Positions 40,727 to 52,843 of a DNA stretch of 64,000 bases are shown here, piece after piece. This DNA is from Squalus acanthias (Eukaryota): assembly GCA_030390025.1 (NCBI GenBank), contig CM059425.1, positions 177,942,001-178,006,000 on the forward strand, in the 5' to 3' direction. The notes beneath the pieces were generated by a model, which was given only the letters and a program-made list of their open reading frames with translations, made no database searches and was not told where the DNA came from. The first letter of the stretch is position 1; every line of letters begins with the position of its first letter. Made by a program: the position numbers and the translations under genes.

Positions 40727-42655
40727 GGTGGGAGACCAGTGGATTGGGAAATTTTTAAAAACCAGCAAAGGATGATTTAAAAAATAATAAAGAGAGAGAA
40801 GATGAATTATGAGAGTAAACTGGCAAGAAACATTAAAACAGATAGTAAGAGCTTCTACAGGTATATAAAAAGGAAGAGGGTAGCTAAAGTAAACATTGGT
40901 CCCTTAGAGGATGAGATTGGGGAATTAATAATGAGGAACAGGGAAATGGCAGAGATTCTGAACAAATATTTTGTATCTGTCTTCACGGTAGAAGACACTA
41001 ACAACATCCCAATAATAGATAATCAAGGAGCCACAGGAAGGGGGGAACTAAAGACAATCACTATAACTAAGGAAATAGTACTTGGTAAAATAATGGGACT
41101 AAAAGATGACAAGTCCCCTGGACCAGATGGCCTGCATCCCAGGGTCTTAAAAGAAGTGGCTGCAGAGATAGTGGATGCATTGGTTGCAATATACCAAAAT
41201 TCCCTGGACTCTGGAGAGGTCCCAGCGGATTGGAAAACCGCAAATGTAACACCCCTATTTAAGAAAGGAGGGAGACAGAAAGCAGGAAACTATAGACCAG
41301 TTAGCCTAACATCTGTCGTTGGGAAAATGCTGGAGTCCTTCATTAAGGAAGCAGTAGCAGGGCATTTGGAAAATCATAATGCAGTCAAGCAGAGTCAGCA
41401 TGAATTTATGAAAGGGAAATCATGTTTAACAAACTTGCTGGAGTTCTTTGAGAAGGTAACGAGCAGGGTGGACAAAGGTGAACCAGTGGATGTGGTGTAT
41501 TTGGATTTCCAGAAGGCATTCGATAAGGTGCCACATAAAAGGTTACTGCACAATATAAGAGCTCACAGAATTGGGGGTAATATATTAGCATGGATAGAGA
41601 ATTGGCTAACTAACAGAAAGCAGAGAGTCAGGATAAATGGGTCATTTTCCAGTTGGCAAACGGTAACTAGTGGTGTGCCACAGGGATCGGTGCTGGGGCT
41701 TCAACTATTTACAATCTACATTAATGACTTGGATGAAGGGACCGAGTGTAATGTAGCCAAGTTTGCGGATGATACAAGGATGGGTGGGAAAGCAAGTTGT
41801 GCAGAGGACTCAAAGAACCTGCAAAGGGATATAGACAGGCTAAGTGAGTGGGAAAACATTTGGCAGATGGAGTATAATGTGGGAAAGTGCGAGGTTATAC
41901 ACTATGGCAGGAAAAATAAAAAAGCAAATTATTATTTAAATGGAGAGAGATTACAAAATGCTACAGTTCAGAGGGACCTGGGGGTCCTTGTGCATGAAAC
42001 ACAAAAAGTTGGCATGCAGGTACAGCAAGCAAGTAATCAAAAAGGCAAATGGAATGTTGGCCTTTATTGCAAAGGGGTTGGAATATAAAAGCAGGGAAGT
42101 CCTGCTACAACTGTACAGGGTATTGGTGAGATCACACCTTGAGTACTGAGTACAGTTTTGGTCTCCTTATTTAAGGAAGGATATACTTGCATTGGAGGCA
42201 GTTCAAAGATGATTCACTAGGTTAATTCCAGAGATGAGGGGGTTGACTTATGAGGAAAGGTTGAGCAGGCTGGGCCTATACTCATTGGAATTTAGAAGAA
42301 TGAGAGGTGATCTTATTGAAACATATAAGATACTGAGGGGGCTCGACAAGGTAGATGCAGAGAGGATGTTTCCCCTCGTGGGGAAATCTAGAACACGGGG
42401 GCACAGTTTTAGAATAAAGGGTCACCCTTTTAGAATTGAAATGAGGAGGAATTTCTTCTCTCAGAGGGTCGTAAATCCGTGGAATTCTCTGCCCCAGAGA
42501 GCTGTGAAGGCTGGGTCATTAAATACATTTAAGGTGGAGATAGACAATTTTGAAGTGGCTTTGAGCCCAAGATCAGCCATGATCTTATTGAATGGCGGAG
42601 CAGGCTCGAGGGGCCAAGTGGCCTATTCCTGCTCCTATTTCTTATGTTCTTATGT
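40727..42655 (+). mobile_element. CR1 LINE, 5'-truncated
   Basis: ORF 40802-42088 (SPGPDG, NYRPVSLTS, FADDT) then frameshift; same subfamily as 2157-3530. Confidence 0.96.
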
Positions 42656-45234
42656 AATGTATATACACATACAGAAATATGGGTATCCAATATCCTTATT
42701 TAAATGTGATCTTCTGTGATTTTAAAAGTGAAAATTTTCTGTTTCTGTTGAATGTATACGATGCGTGTTTAACTAGGGAGGGGAAATAAATGCCAGCCAT
42801 GTGAGCGACACCCACATCCCGAGAATTAATTAAAAAATATATAACATAAGTATCATATATACACAATTCCTGCATTTGAAATCACAATGAAAATTCCAGA
42901 AAATGCCAATCAAATGATTCCACGCTAAGCACTTCCAATGGTTTTGAACTTTCATATGATTGAAAACATAATGGCCCAGGATTTGCTGTCAAAATAACAG
43001 TGAGGCTAATGGCACTCACTGTTATTTATGCACAAATGGTACAGCGAGGGGCAGATTTAAGGTTAAACGCAAATATCCAAAAGTTTACACTTGCTTCTGA
43101 GTCCTTGCACTGTTATTTTGACAATCCTTCAATCTGGTTGGTTAAGGAGATACACAGTTGCTTGTCCTGTTCTCGCAGGTCCCAGATGCCCGGTTTCCCT
43201 CGCTGCAACGTTATCAGCTCGCACTTTCAGCAACTTGCCACACAAAAAATTTGAAAACCTAAATGTGTAAGGGTAAGTCTAACTAACAGCAGATGTTGTT
43301 AGATTCACTCCTACAGCAAATCATGGTCCAATGTAAAATTAGTATTATATCTACAAAAGGCAAAATACTGCAGATGCTGGAAATCTGAAATATAAACAGA
43401 AAAGGCTAGAAATACTCAGCCGGTCAGGCAGCATCTGTGGAGAGAGAAACAGAGTTAACGTTTCAGGTCTGTAACCTTTTGTCAGAACTGGAAAGCATTA
43501 GAAATGTAACAGGTTTTAAGCAAGCACAGAGGCAAGGAAAGGGGGCGGGGAGGAGGAAAAAACAAAAGGGGAGGGAGGTCTGTGATAGGGTGGAAGGCAG
43601 GAGAGATTTTAATGACAAAAGGGAGGATAGTGCAAGGCAAAAGGGGTGGTAATGGGACAAGTAAAGAAACAAAAGATGGGTCTAGAGCAGCTGAAAATGG
43701 CAACAGCAGAACCATTACCAGCACCTGCTGTCCGAAAAATATGGAGCAGTGGTTATAATCTGAAATTGTTGAACTCGATGTTGAGTCCGGAAGACTGTAA
43801 AGTGCCTAATCGAAAGATGAAGTGCTGTTCCTCGTGCTTTTGTTGAGCTTCATTGCAATAATGTAGGAGACCGAGGACAGAGAGGTCAGAGTGGGAGTGG
43901 GGCGGAGAATTAAAATGGCAAGCGACCGGAAGCTCGAGGTCACAATGGCGGACTGAACAGAGGTGTTCAGCAAAATGATCACCCAATCTGTGTTTGATCT
44001 ACCCAGTGCTGAGGAAACTGTGAGCAGCGAATACAGTATACTAAATTACAAGAAGTACAAGTAAATCACTGTGTCTCCTCGGAGGAGTGTTTGGGGCCCT
44101 GGATGGTGGGAAGGGAGGAGGTGAAAGGACAGGTGTTGCATCTCCTGTACTTGCACGGGAAGGTGCCATGGGAAGGGGAGCAGGTGTTGGGGGTGATGTA
44201 AGAGTGGACTAGGGTGTCGCGGAGGGAATGGTCCCTTCGGAATACTGAAAGGTGAGGGGAGGGGTAGATGTGTTAGTTGGTGGCAGAAATGGCAGCGGAT
44301 GATCCGTTGAATGTGGAGGCTGGTGGGGTGGAAGGTGAGGACAAGGGGAACCCTATCGTGGTTCCGGGAGGGAGGGGAAGGGGTGAGAGCAGAAGTGCGG
44401 GAAATGGGACAGGCACGGTCGAGGACCCTGTCAACCATGCTGGAGGGGAATCCTTGGTTGAGGAAAAAGGAAGACATATCGGAAGCATTGGTATGAAGGT
44501 AGTATCGTCAGAGCAGATGCGACGGAGATGGAGAAACTGGGAGAATGAAATAGAGTCCTTACAGGAAGTGGGGTGGGAGGAAGTGTAGTCAAGTTGGCTG
44601 TGGGAGCCAGTGGGCTTAAAGTAGATATTGGTGGACAGCCTATCCCCAGAAATAAAGATGACGAAGTCAAGGAATGGAAAGGAAGAGTTGGAGATGGACC
44701 ATGTGAAGGCGAGGGAAGGGTGGAAATTTGAAGCAAAGTTGATTAAATTTTCATTTCAGGGTGAGAGCAGTATGCGACACCGACACAGTCATCAATGAGG
44801 TGAGGGAGGGGACCTGAGTAGGACTGGAACAAAGTATGTTCACGTATCCCACGAAAAGGCATGGCATAGGTAGGACCCATGCGGGTTCCTACAGTGACAC
44901 CTTTTATTTGGAGGAAGTGAGAAGAGTCAAAGGAGAAGTTGTCAATGTAAGAACAAGTTCAGCTAGGCGAAGGAGGGTGGTGATGGTTGGGGACTGGTTG
45001 GGCCTCCATTCAAGGAAGAAGCAGAGGACCCGCAGTCATCCTGATATTCTTCTGATTAAGCACTTTACAGCTTTCCAGACTCAGCAACAAGTTCAACAAT
45101 TTCAGATTATAACCACTGCCCCCATTTTTTCAGACAGCAGGTGCTGGTAATGATTCTGCTGTTGCCATTTACACCTCCTCTAGACCCATCTTTTGTTCTG
45201 AGTGATTATTTGCAAGGGGTCTTCTGCGTCCTTC

Positions 45235-45355
45235 TGCGCATGTGCAGAGTATGGGGGCGGAGCCTAAACACCATCCCACCCCCACCGGAACTGTGCATGC
45301 GCACCCGACGTTGCAGCTGCGCATGAGCACTGGAGGTTCCAAACGCGCATGCGCT
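45235..45355. promoter_or_regulatory. CpG-promoter-like motif cluster (four NRF1-like sites, GC box, ETS-like core)
   Basis: tgcgcatgtgca 45235, tgtgcatgcgca 45292, tgcgcatgagca 45318, cgcgcatgcgct 45344; gggggcggag 45253; ccggaa 45285. Confidence 0.45.
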
Positions 45356-45419
45356 GAGTCGCAGGTCTCCAGCCTGAGGCCTCAACCACGCGTTCCTCCC
45401 TGTGGAGATGGTCAGGGAA

Positions 45420-46530
45420 TCGGAGGGGGAGAGAAGCTCGGGGGGGGGGGGGGGGGGGCGGGGGGGGAGAGAGGAGAGGATCTCGGGGGGGAGAGAGGAG
45501 CTCGGGGGGGGGAGAGAGGAGAGGAGCTCAGAGGGGGGGAGAGAGGAGAGGAGCTCGGGGGGAGAGAGGAGAGGAGCTCGGGGGGGAGAGAGGAGAGGAG
45601 CTCAGGGGGGAGAGAGGAGAGGAGCTCGGGGGGGAGAGAGGAGAGGAGCTCGGGGGGAGAGAGGAGAGGAGCTCGGGGGGAGAGAGGAGAGGAGCTCGGG
45701 GGGAGAGAGGAGAGAAGCTCGGGGGGGAGAGAGGAGAGGAGCTCGGGGGGGGGAGAGGAGAGGAGCTCGGGGGGGGAGAGAGGAGAGGAGCTCGGGGAGG
45801 GGAGAAGGTCAGGAACTCGGGGGAGAAGGTCAGGAACTCAGGGGAGAAGGTCAGGAACTCGGGGGAGAAGGTCAAGAACTCAGGGGAGAAGGTCAGGAAC
45901 TCAGGGGAGAAGATCAAGAACTCAGGGGGAAGGTCAGGGACTCGGGGAAGGTCAGGGACTCGGGGGAGAAGGTCAGGAACTCGGGGGAGAAGGTCAAGAA
46001 CTCAGGGGAGAAAGTCAAGAACTCAGGTGAGAAGGTCAGGAACTCGGGGGGAAGGTCAGGGACTCGGGGGAGAAGGTCAAGAACTCAGGGGAGAAGGTCA
46101 GGAACTATGGGGAGAAGGTCAAGAACTCAGAGGAGAAGGTCAAGAACTATGGGGAGAAGGTCAAGAACTCAGGGGAGAAGGTCAGGAACTCAGGGGAGAA
46201 GGTCAGGAACTCGGGGGGAGGTCAGGAACTGGGAGGGTCAGGAACTTGGGGGGAGGGTCAGGAACTTGTGGGAAAGGTCAGGAACTTGGGGGAGAAGGTC
46301 AGGAACTCGTGGGAGAAGGTCAGGAACTCAGGGGAGAAGGTCAGGAACTTAGGGGGAAGGTCAGGGACTCAGGTGGGAGGTCAGGAACTCAGGGGAGAAT
46401 GTCAGGAATTTGGGGGAGGGAAGGTCAGGAACTCGGGGGGAGGTCAGGAAGTCGGGGCGGGGAGAAGTTCAAGAACTCGGGGGTGTGAAGGTCATGAATT
46501 CGGGGGGAGCAGGTCAGGAACTCGGGGTGG
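45420..46530 (+). repeat. Two adjacent G-rich minisatellites (gagaggagaggagctcgggggg; ggggagaaggtcaggaactc)
   Basis: Directly visible arrays with ~21-24-bp units. Confidence 0.95.
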
Positions 46531-46682
46531 GGGTTAGAGCACAGAGAGAACAGTTGGGATGAATGTGATCCAGGTCTAAAGGGGGGAGGGGTGGAGATGA
46601 GAGCGAGAACGCAATCCAGATGGGAAGACGGATCACCTTCTCCCCACTTCTGTTAGACATGGAGCACATTCTTCCAACCAGA

Positions 46683-46767
46683 TTAATTAGTGAATCCTTT
46701 CTCACACACTGAGCAGGTGAACGGTCTCTCCCCAGTGTGAACTCGCTGGTGTGTCAGAAGGTTGGAT
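46683..46767 (-). pseudogene. C2H2 zinc-finger gene fragment
   Basis: [27 protein letters not shown]: end of one finger, TGERPF linker, start of the next finger. Confidence 0.85.
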
Positions 46768-46774
46768 ACACAAA

Positions 46775-46975
46775 TGCACCCCACACACGGACCCCTCACA
46801 CACGGACACCCCACACACGGACCACACACACACGGACACCCCGCACACGGACCACAAACACACGGTCCCCCCACACACGGACCCCACACACATGGACCCC
46901 ACACACATGGACCCCACACACACAGACCACACACACGCAGACCCCTCACACAAATACACCCCATACACTTACCCA
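46775..46975 (+). repeat. CA-rich ~15-bp minisatellite (cacacacggacccc)
   Basis: Directly visible tandem array. Confidence 0.9.
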
Positions 46976-47772
46976 CAGACGCACCCAAACACATTAGGCT
47001 GGATAGCTCTTTGTTGGCCGGCGCGGACACGATGGGCCAAAATGGCCTCCTTCCGTGCTGTAACTTTCTATGATTCTATGATTCTACACCACACACACGG
47101 AACCCACACACGGTCCCTCCATTCAGGTACAGTGCAGACTGCTCTACAGCGGGCAGGATGAAATTACTAATTCCAGACAAACTGTTGGCTGTGTCTTGTC
47201 CTCCAAGGGGACCAATCAGAAACCTGGTCCAACCCACTAGTGTTGCAAATAAACACTGCGGGGGAAAAATTCAGTTGGTTGCGCCTCCCGTTAGCGCCTT
47301 AAGAGGGCGCTAATGGGGCGCAAAGCAACTAGCATCCGGGCGCAGTGATGTTTGCGCCACTCGCAAAATTAACTAGACATTTTGCGGCGGCGCTAAACTT
47401 TACCGCCGCGATCTCCTGTGCACGCAGATCTTGACATCATACGAGGGTGCAATGCCCTTGTGGTGCCCCGGAGCGGAAATTGAGTGGCGCCCCCATCCTT
47501 TCCGCGTGGGGCAACCAACGACCGGAAGACTGGAACGCTCGCCAGTCGCTGTGGGGCTGGGGGGGCACTATTTAAAGGGGGCCTCTTCCTGTCTTTCTCT
47601 GTGGTTGACATTTTTGCACCACTCGTTCTGAGAGAGAGAGAGAGAGATTCAGAGAGCGAGAAAGAGAGACTTCTGCATTGAGTCAACGCTGTGTGAGGTA
47701 GTTTTGGCTACTGATCATAACTTTGCAGGTACTTTGGTTTTTGACCTTCATAACTTTGATTGCCAAGAGACT

Positions 47773-50617
47773 ATGGGGGCTGCACTGATTGGGGGCGTCG
47801 TCCTGCGCCACCAGAATCGGAGGACACAGAGACGCAGAGAGAGAGTGGCAATCATGGCCAGATGGAGGAGGGCCAACAGGCCTCTGTACAGGAGACCTTA
47901 CCCTCCCAGGGTTATCGCCAACAATTCACATATATTAATATGTCTGAGGAGCAGTGTTTGCGAAGGCTGCGCTTCAGCAAGGAGGTAGTCACTGAGCTCT
48001 GCCACCTGCTGCAGCCAGATCTGCAGCCTCAACTGAGGACCAGGACGTCTCTGTCGGTGGCAGTGAAGATCACAGTGGCTCTGAACTTTTATGCCACTGG
48101 CTCATTTCAATCAGCTACTGGGGACATCGCCAATATCTCCCAGTTCGCGGTGCATTGCTGCATCCGTCAGGTCACAAATGCCCTCTTTAAAAGGAGACGA
48201 GAGTACATCGCTTTCCCCATGACCCCAGACAAGCAGCATGAACGCGCAATGGGCTTTGCGAGGATAGCGGGCTTCCCCATGGTGCAGGGCGCCATTGACT
48301 GCACGCATGTGGCTTTGCGTGCTCCGCATGAGAATGCTGAGGATTTCCGCAACAGAAAGGGGTTCCATTCCTTAAACGTTCAGTTGGTCTGTGACCACAG
48401 ACAGCTGATACTCGCTGTCAATGCCCATTATCCTGGCAGCTGCCACAATGCATTCATCCTGCGCCAGGCTACTGTGGCAGAACTTTTCCAGGCACCGCAT
48501 CAGCCAGTTGGTTGGCTTCTCGGGGACAAGGGATATCCACTGAGCACCTGGCTGATGACACCGCTCCGTACGCCCAACACCCCTGCTGAGCTGTGGTACA
48601 ACGAGAGCCATCAAGCTACCAGGAACATTGTTGAGCACACAATCGGCGTGCTCAAGCAACGGTTCCACTGTCTGGACCATTCTGGAGGAGCACTGCAGTA
48701 CTCGCCTGAGCGAGTTTCCCACTTCGTAGTTGTGTAAGGGTTTCTGGACCTGTGTGTGGCTCTGTGCTCAGCCTGGGTGCTAGTGCGGGGTTAGGCCTTG
48801 TTGCCTGTTCTGGTCTCCAGCCAGTCTGGGAGCACTATACACCTGTGAGTGGTTCGACCCACTCACCCTTACGGTTCTGACACTGGACTTAGATGCGAGA
48901 GCAGTAATGGAGAGAAAACTCAGGTAGACCCGGTTGAATGGTACGAAATGGAAAATCTTTATTGCATATTATTTAAGATTACGAAATACATGTCATAAGC
49001 ACAGATTAATGACAGTACAATCTTACACGCAGTTATGTAACTAATTTCAGGGAAACGAGGAACGAACGACACATCGTAAATGGGGGCACACATTACAGTT
49101 ATCCTTAAAAACTTAAACCCTCCCCTATCAATACCTGCTCTAAACTAGACTTGTAGGATCGAGACTCATGCTCACCACTCGTGATAACTCGGAGAATTCC
49201 GAAAACTCTGATCGGATGTTTTTCACCGCAGCACCTGATCACCCACGTGTTGATCAGGGGTCTCTGTACCCCACTTGTTTACTCGTTTCTGCTCCGGCTA
49301 GCAGGCTGGACCGTCTGCTGTCATGAAGATCTGTGTTGTCCTCGGAGTTCCGACACGACTCGAAAAATAGTCTTCCTGTGCCCTCGCACCGGTTCGATAA
49401 AACTCAAAGAAGAGTCTTCCGATGCCAGTTCTGTAAAACTCAAAGAAGGTCTTCCTGGGCAAGGAAAATGTCTATTCGACCTACAGGCGCGGTCGGAGCT
49501 TACTGACCGTGGCGATACGTATGGTCTTCTTCTCTTCTCATCTCATCTCATCTCATCTCATCTCATCTCATCTCGGGCCTTCGGTTCCAACACCGTTTAC
49601 CGACTTCTCGGGATGGTATGCCCGTCCAAGGCTTCACAGCCCAGTTCCACACAGATCTTCGCGGCAAGCCACGAGGCAGATCCTGGCGGATCGTAAAGTT
49701 CAACAGTCTTTCAAGCTGCAAGAGGCAGAGACACGAGGCAAGCGGCAAGGAGTCGACAGGATAAGAGCACAAGAGCAGCCACGAGGATAAGAGAGAGATG
49801 GACGGTTGGAGCTTGCAGTTATAGTGCACAACTCTTCCTTTTCCCGCCCAACCTTAATGTCTTTTCTTTTGTTAGGGTTTTGGCGCCCAAATTTCTTGTA
49901 TAGGGTGATCTCCGTTTTAATGGGTTTCGGGGATACTCGTAACTGTCTGAGTACCTGTTAATATTTCTCCCATTGTGTAATCGGTCGGTATTCTCCCTGG
50001 AGGGGTTTTGGGGCTTCCAAATGTTTTCTGTAACTACCCGCTAACGGCTCTCTCATCGTAGAGTCGTGGGGATTTTGCATATTAATGTCTTTGGATGGGT
50101 TCTTGATCACTTGGTACAATAGCCCTTATTCGCACCTGGGAGACCGATTTCAGTATTTATGTGTATACTGCAAACCCATGATGTCTCGTGTATTATCTTA
50201 AATGTACTGAGTCTTGATCGATCTTGCACAAATGTTTATTGGAACGCCATCTTGTCTGCTTATCGAAAAGTCTAGAATGTTCTGCCACGAGGCGTGGCGG
50301 CCATTTTACAGGCTGCTTGTGTCCACTTTGAAAACCTGACAGCATTCTGCTGAAATAAAGCTGTTTGAACGAAACTATGTGTTTTCTCCTTATTTATAAA
50401 ATCGCGATATATTGCGAATTCTACAGTTGTGTGCTGCATGCTGCATAACATGGCAATCCTCAGGACCCAGCCAATGCAACCAGGCCTTGGAGCACCACCA
50501 GAGGAGGAGGAGGAAGAAGAGGAGGATGATCATCAGCAGCACCAAGGCGGGAGGGAGGCCCACAATGTTGAGACTGCAAGGGCTGTCCGTCAACGGCTGA
50601 TAGCAAGCTGCTTCTAG
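47773..50617 (+). pseudogene. HARBI1-like DDE transposase, disrupted by a frameshift near 47910 and a solo LTR
   Basis: MGAALIGG...RRPYPPRV / YRQQF...GAIDCTHV...[15 protein letters not shown]...LGDKGY...VEHTIGVLKQRF...HFVVV, then after the LTR CCMLHNMA...IASCF*. Confidence 0.92.
48733..50425 (-). mobile_element. Solo LTR (~1.69 kb), same family as 15931-17578, opposite orientation
   Basis: TGTA...TACA termini; 4-bp TSD 'gttg' (48729-48732, 50426-50429); removing it restores the transposase frame HFVVVCCMLHN. Confidence 0.9.
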
Positions 50618-50915
50618 GCCCCTGCTGAGGAAATGGCTTCTGCCATTGAGAACAACATGAATGAAACCAACCCGCAACCACTAAGCCGGCCAAGGCAGCA
50701 ATGATTCCAAAGACCAAACATGTACATTTTGAATACAAAAACTTATTTATTTCACAAACTCTGTGTGTGTCATTTCCTCATGACAAACTAATAGAAAGAA
50801 ACACAAAAACACAGTCATTAACATAACGGGCTCTCATAACCTGGAGATAATGTTCAAAAGTTTGACCACGAACCTCGGCCTTTAATAAAAAAAGACCAAC
50901 ATTTTGTCACACCTC

Positions 50916-52843
50916 CTACTTTTTGCCCTTCGAGGGTGAGCTCTTTCCCTTGCGCTCTTCCCCCCTTCCCACCCTACTGCTCCTCTGTAATGGGACCTCA
51001 GTGGCTGCAGCAAGGCTGGTGGAAGGCTGCTGATTGTCAGAACCTGAGACTGCAGATGCCCTTGAAGGACGGCCTCGACCAGCTCTGGGCCTGGAGGGCC
51101 CGGCTGCAGACTGCACCAACTCTGCATGGGCGGCGGCAGTCTGTCCTACAGGCGGTGGCAAGTGCAGTGGAGAAGTGACAGTGGTGGCAGCAGGAATGCT
51201 GTCATCTTGAGAGAGGACAGCAACTTCCTGCTCGACCGACACACTGGCACTCCCACGGGGCAGCACTTCAGCATCCGGAGCAATCTGCTGGTGCACAGAT
51301 TGCTGGCCTGCTGCAGCACGGTGAGAGCCCCGGGGAAATGTGTATGAACCATCGAGGATGGCAGCAGTCAGTGCTCGCGTGGCCTCAATCTGAGTCTGCA
51401 GGAGAGCAGTCAGAGATGGGTTCATGGCAGCCATTGACTGAATTGCAGCACTAAACATTTGCGTGGCATCCGCCTGTGCTACAGTGAAGTGCTCCACACT
51501 CCTTGCCAGTGATTCAATGCATTCGGGCACCCTTCCCACTGCACCCATGAGCTCAGTGTGCATGTCCACCGCCTGGGTGTTCATTTCAGCGATGAGCCGC
51601 TCCTCCTCTGCGTCCAGTGCAGTAGGACTCGCTGGCATACTCTCCCTCCAGGGAGAAGGCCCCCGAGCTTCCCTACCCCCATGGCGTTGCTGCAGCCTGC
51701 TGGGTCCTGGAGCTTCACCCTCATCAGACCCTTCCCCCCTGCTCCCCTCCAGGGAAGGCGTGTTCCCAGTGTGGGCATGGGCTTCCTCGGGAGAGGGTGG
51801 CGCTGATGCTCCGCCTTCATCTTCCTCCTCGGCTGCAGCTTCACTCCCACTGGCAGCTTGAGGGCCCGTCTCCTCAGCTGGTGAATCACCATCTGAAAGC
51901 AGGGAGATACAAGAGTGGCTTTAGCGTGAGGACAGGGGGGCAGTAAGGGAGGAATGAGTGCAGTGATTTAGTAAATTGGATTGAAAGTGTCAAAGGCTGG
52001 TGTTGTGAGGGACAAGTGGAAGGACAGAGGACAAAAAGGTGATGACCTTACCATTGCTGTCCAGAACGGGGTCGGCGTCTCCAGTGGTGACGGGACCGAT
52101 CACCCGGCTTGCCACAATCCTGTGGATGCACGCCTCAAGATCACTGAGGGGTTGCAGCTGAGGCCGCCCTCCACCCGTCCGTTGCTGCTGCCTCCTATTA
52201 TGAGATAGCTTGGCCTGCAAGAAAAAGGACGGCGTCTGAGTAAATATACAGCCATGGTCTTGCCTGATGTGCCTCCCATAGGTGAATAGCCCTTACTGTA
52301 TGCAGCCATGGTCTTGCTTGATGTGCCTCCCATAGGTGAATAGCCCTTACTGTATGCAGCCATGGTCTTGCCTGATGTGACTCCCATAGGTGAATAGCCC
52401 TTACTGTATGCAGCCATGGTCTTGCCTGATGTGCCTCCCATAGGTGAATAGCCCTTACTGTATGCAAAGTGTGGAATGTGCGTGTGTGTTTCATGAGAGG
52501 GCCATAGGTGTTGGATGAGTGTTGGGCATTGGGGTTTTAAGACCCTCTGGCCATAGAGTGAGGTTGAGATGGAGGGATGGAGAGGTATTGAAAAAAAGCC
52601 ACTCACCCTGACGATCCGAGTGAGGTCGTTGAACTTTTTTCGACATTGTATATGGGTCCTGGGCACCATGCTCCTGGAGGAGACGCTCTGAGCCACCTCC
52701 CTCCACACTCTTCTGTACTCGCGCGGCAAAGGCCTCCTGCCACTCTCAGGGAAGAGTATAGATCTTCTGTGCTCCACCGCGCCAACCAGAGCATCCAAGG
52801 GTCGCTCGCTGAAGCGCTGAGCTCGTTCTCTCACCCTCTCCAT
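50916..52843 (-). CDS. Harbinger Myb/SANT-like DNA-binding protein; exons 52843-52607, 52214-52052, 51892-50916; 458 aa, apparently intact
   Basis: RFSERPLDALV...RRVWREVAQSVS...RTHIQCRKKFNDL; canonical GT-AG sites; phases 0 and 1 join into one open frame of 1377 nt (hand-spliced). Confidence 0.85.
52249..52466. repeat. 54-bp tandem repeat, four copies, in intron 1 of the Myb/SANT gene
   Basis: cagccatggtcttgcctgatgtgcctcccataggtgaatagcccttactgtatg repeated nearly perfectly. Confidence 0.92.

Noticed and set aside
45242..47161. Repetitive ORFs (GGREERSS, GEGQELR, CVWGP, HTDP)
   Set aside because: Translations of minisatellites; only the short C2H2 fragment is protein-derived.
47760..48737. 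Host HARBI1 gene
   Set aside because: Lies within TIRs and a TSD, paired with a Myb gene and disrupted; it is a transposon copy.
52249..52466. Regular repeats that might suggest a CRISPR array
   Set aside because: Head-to-tail tandem units with no unique spacers, in eukaryotic DNA with no cas genes.
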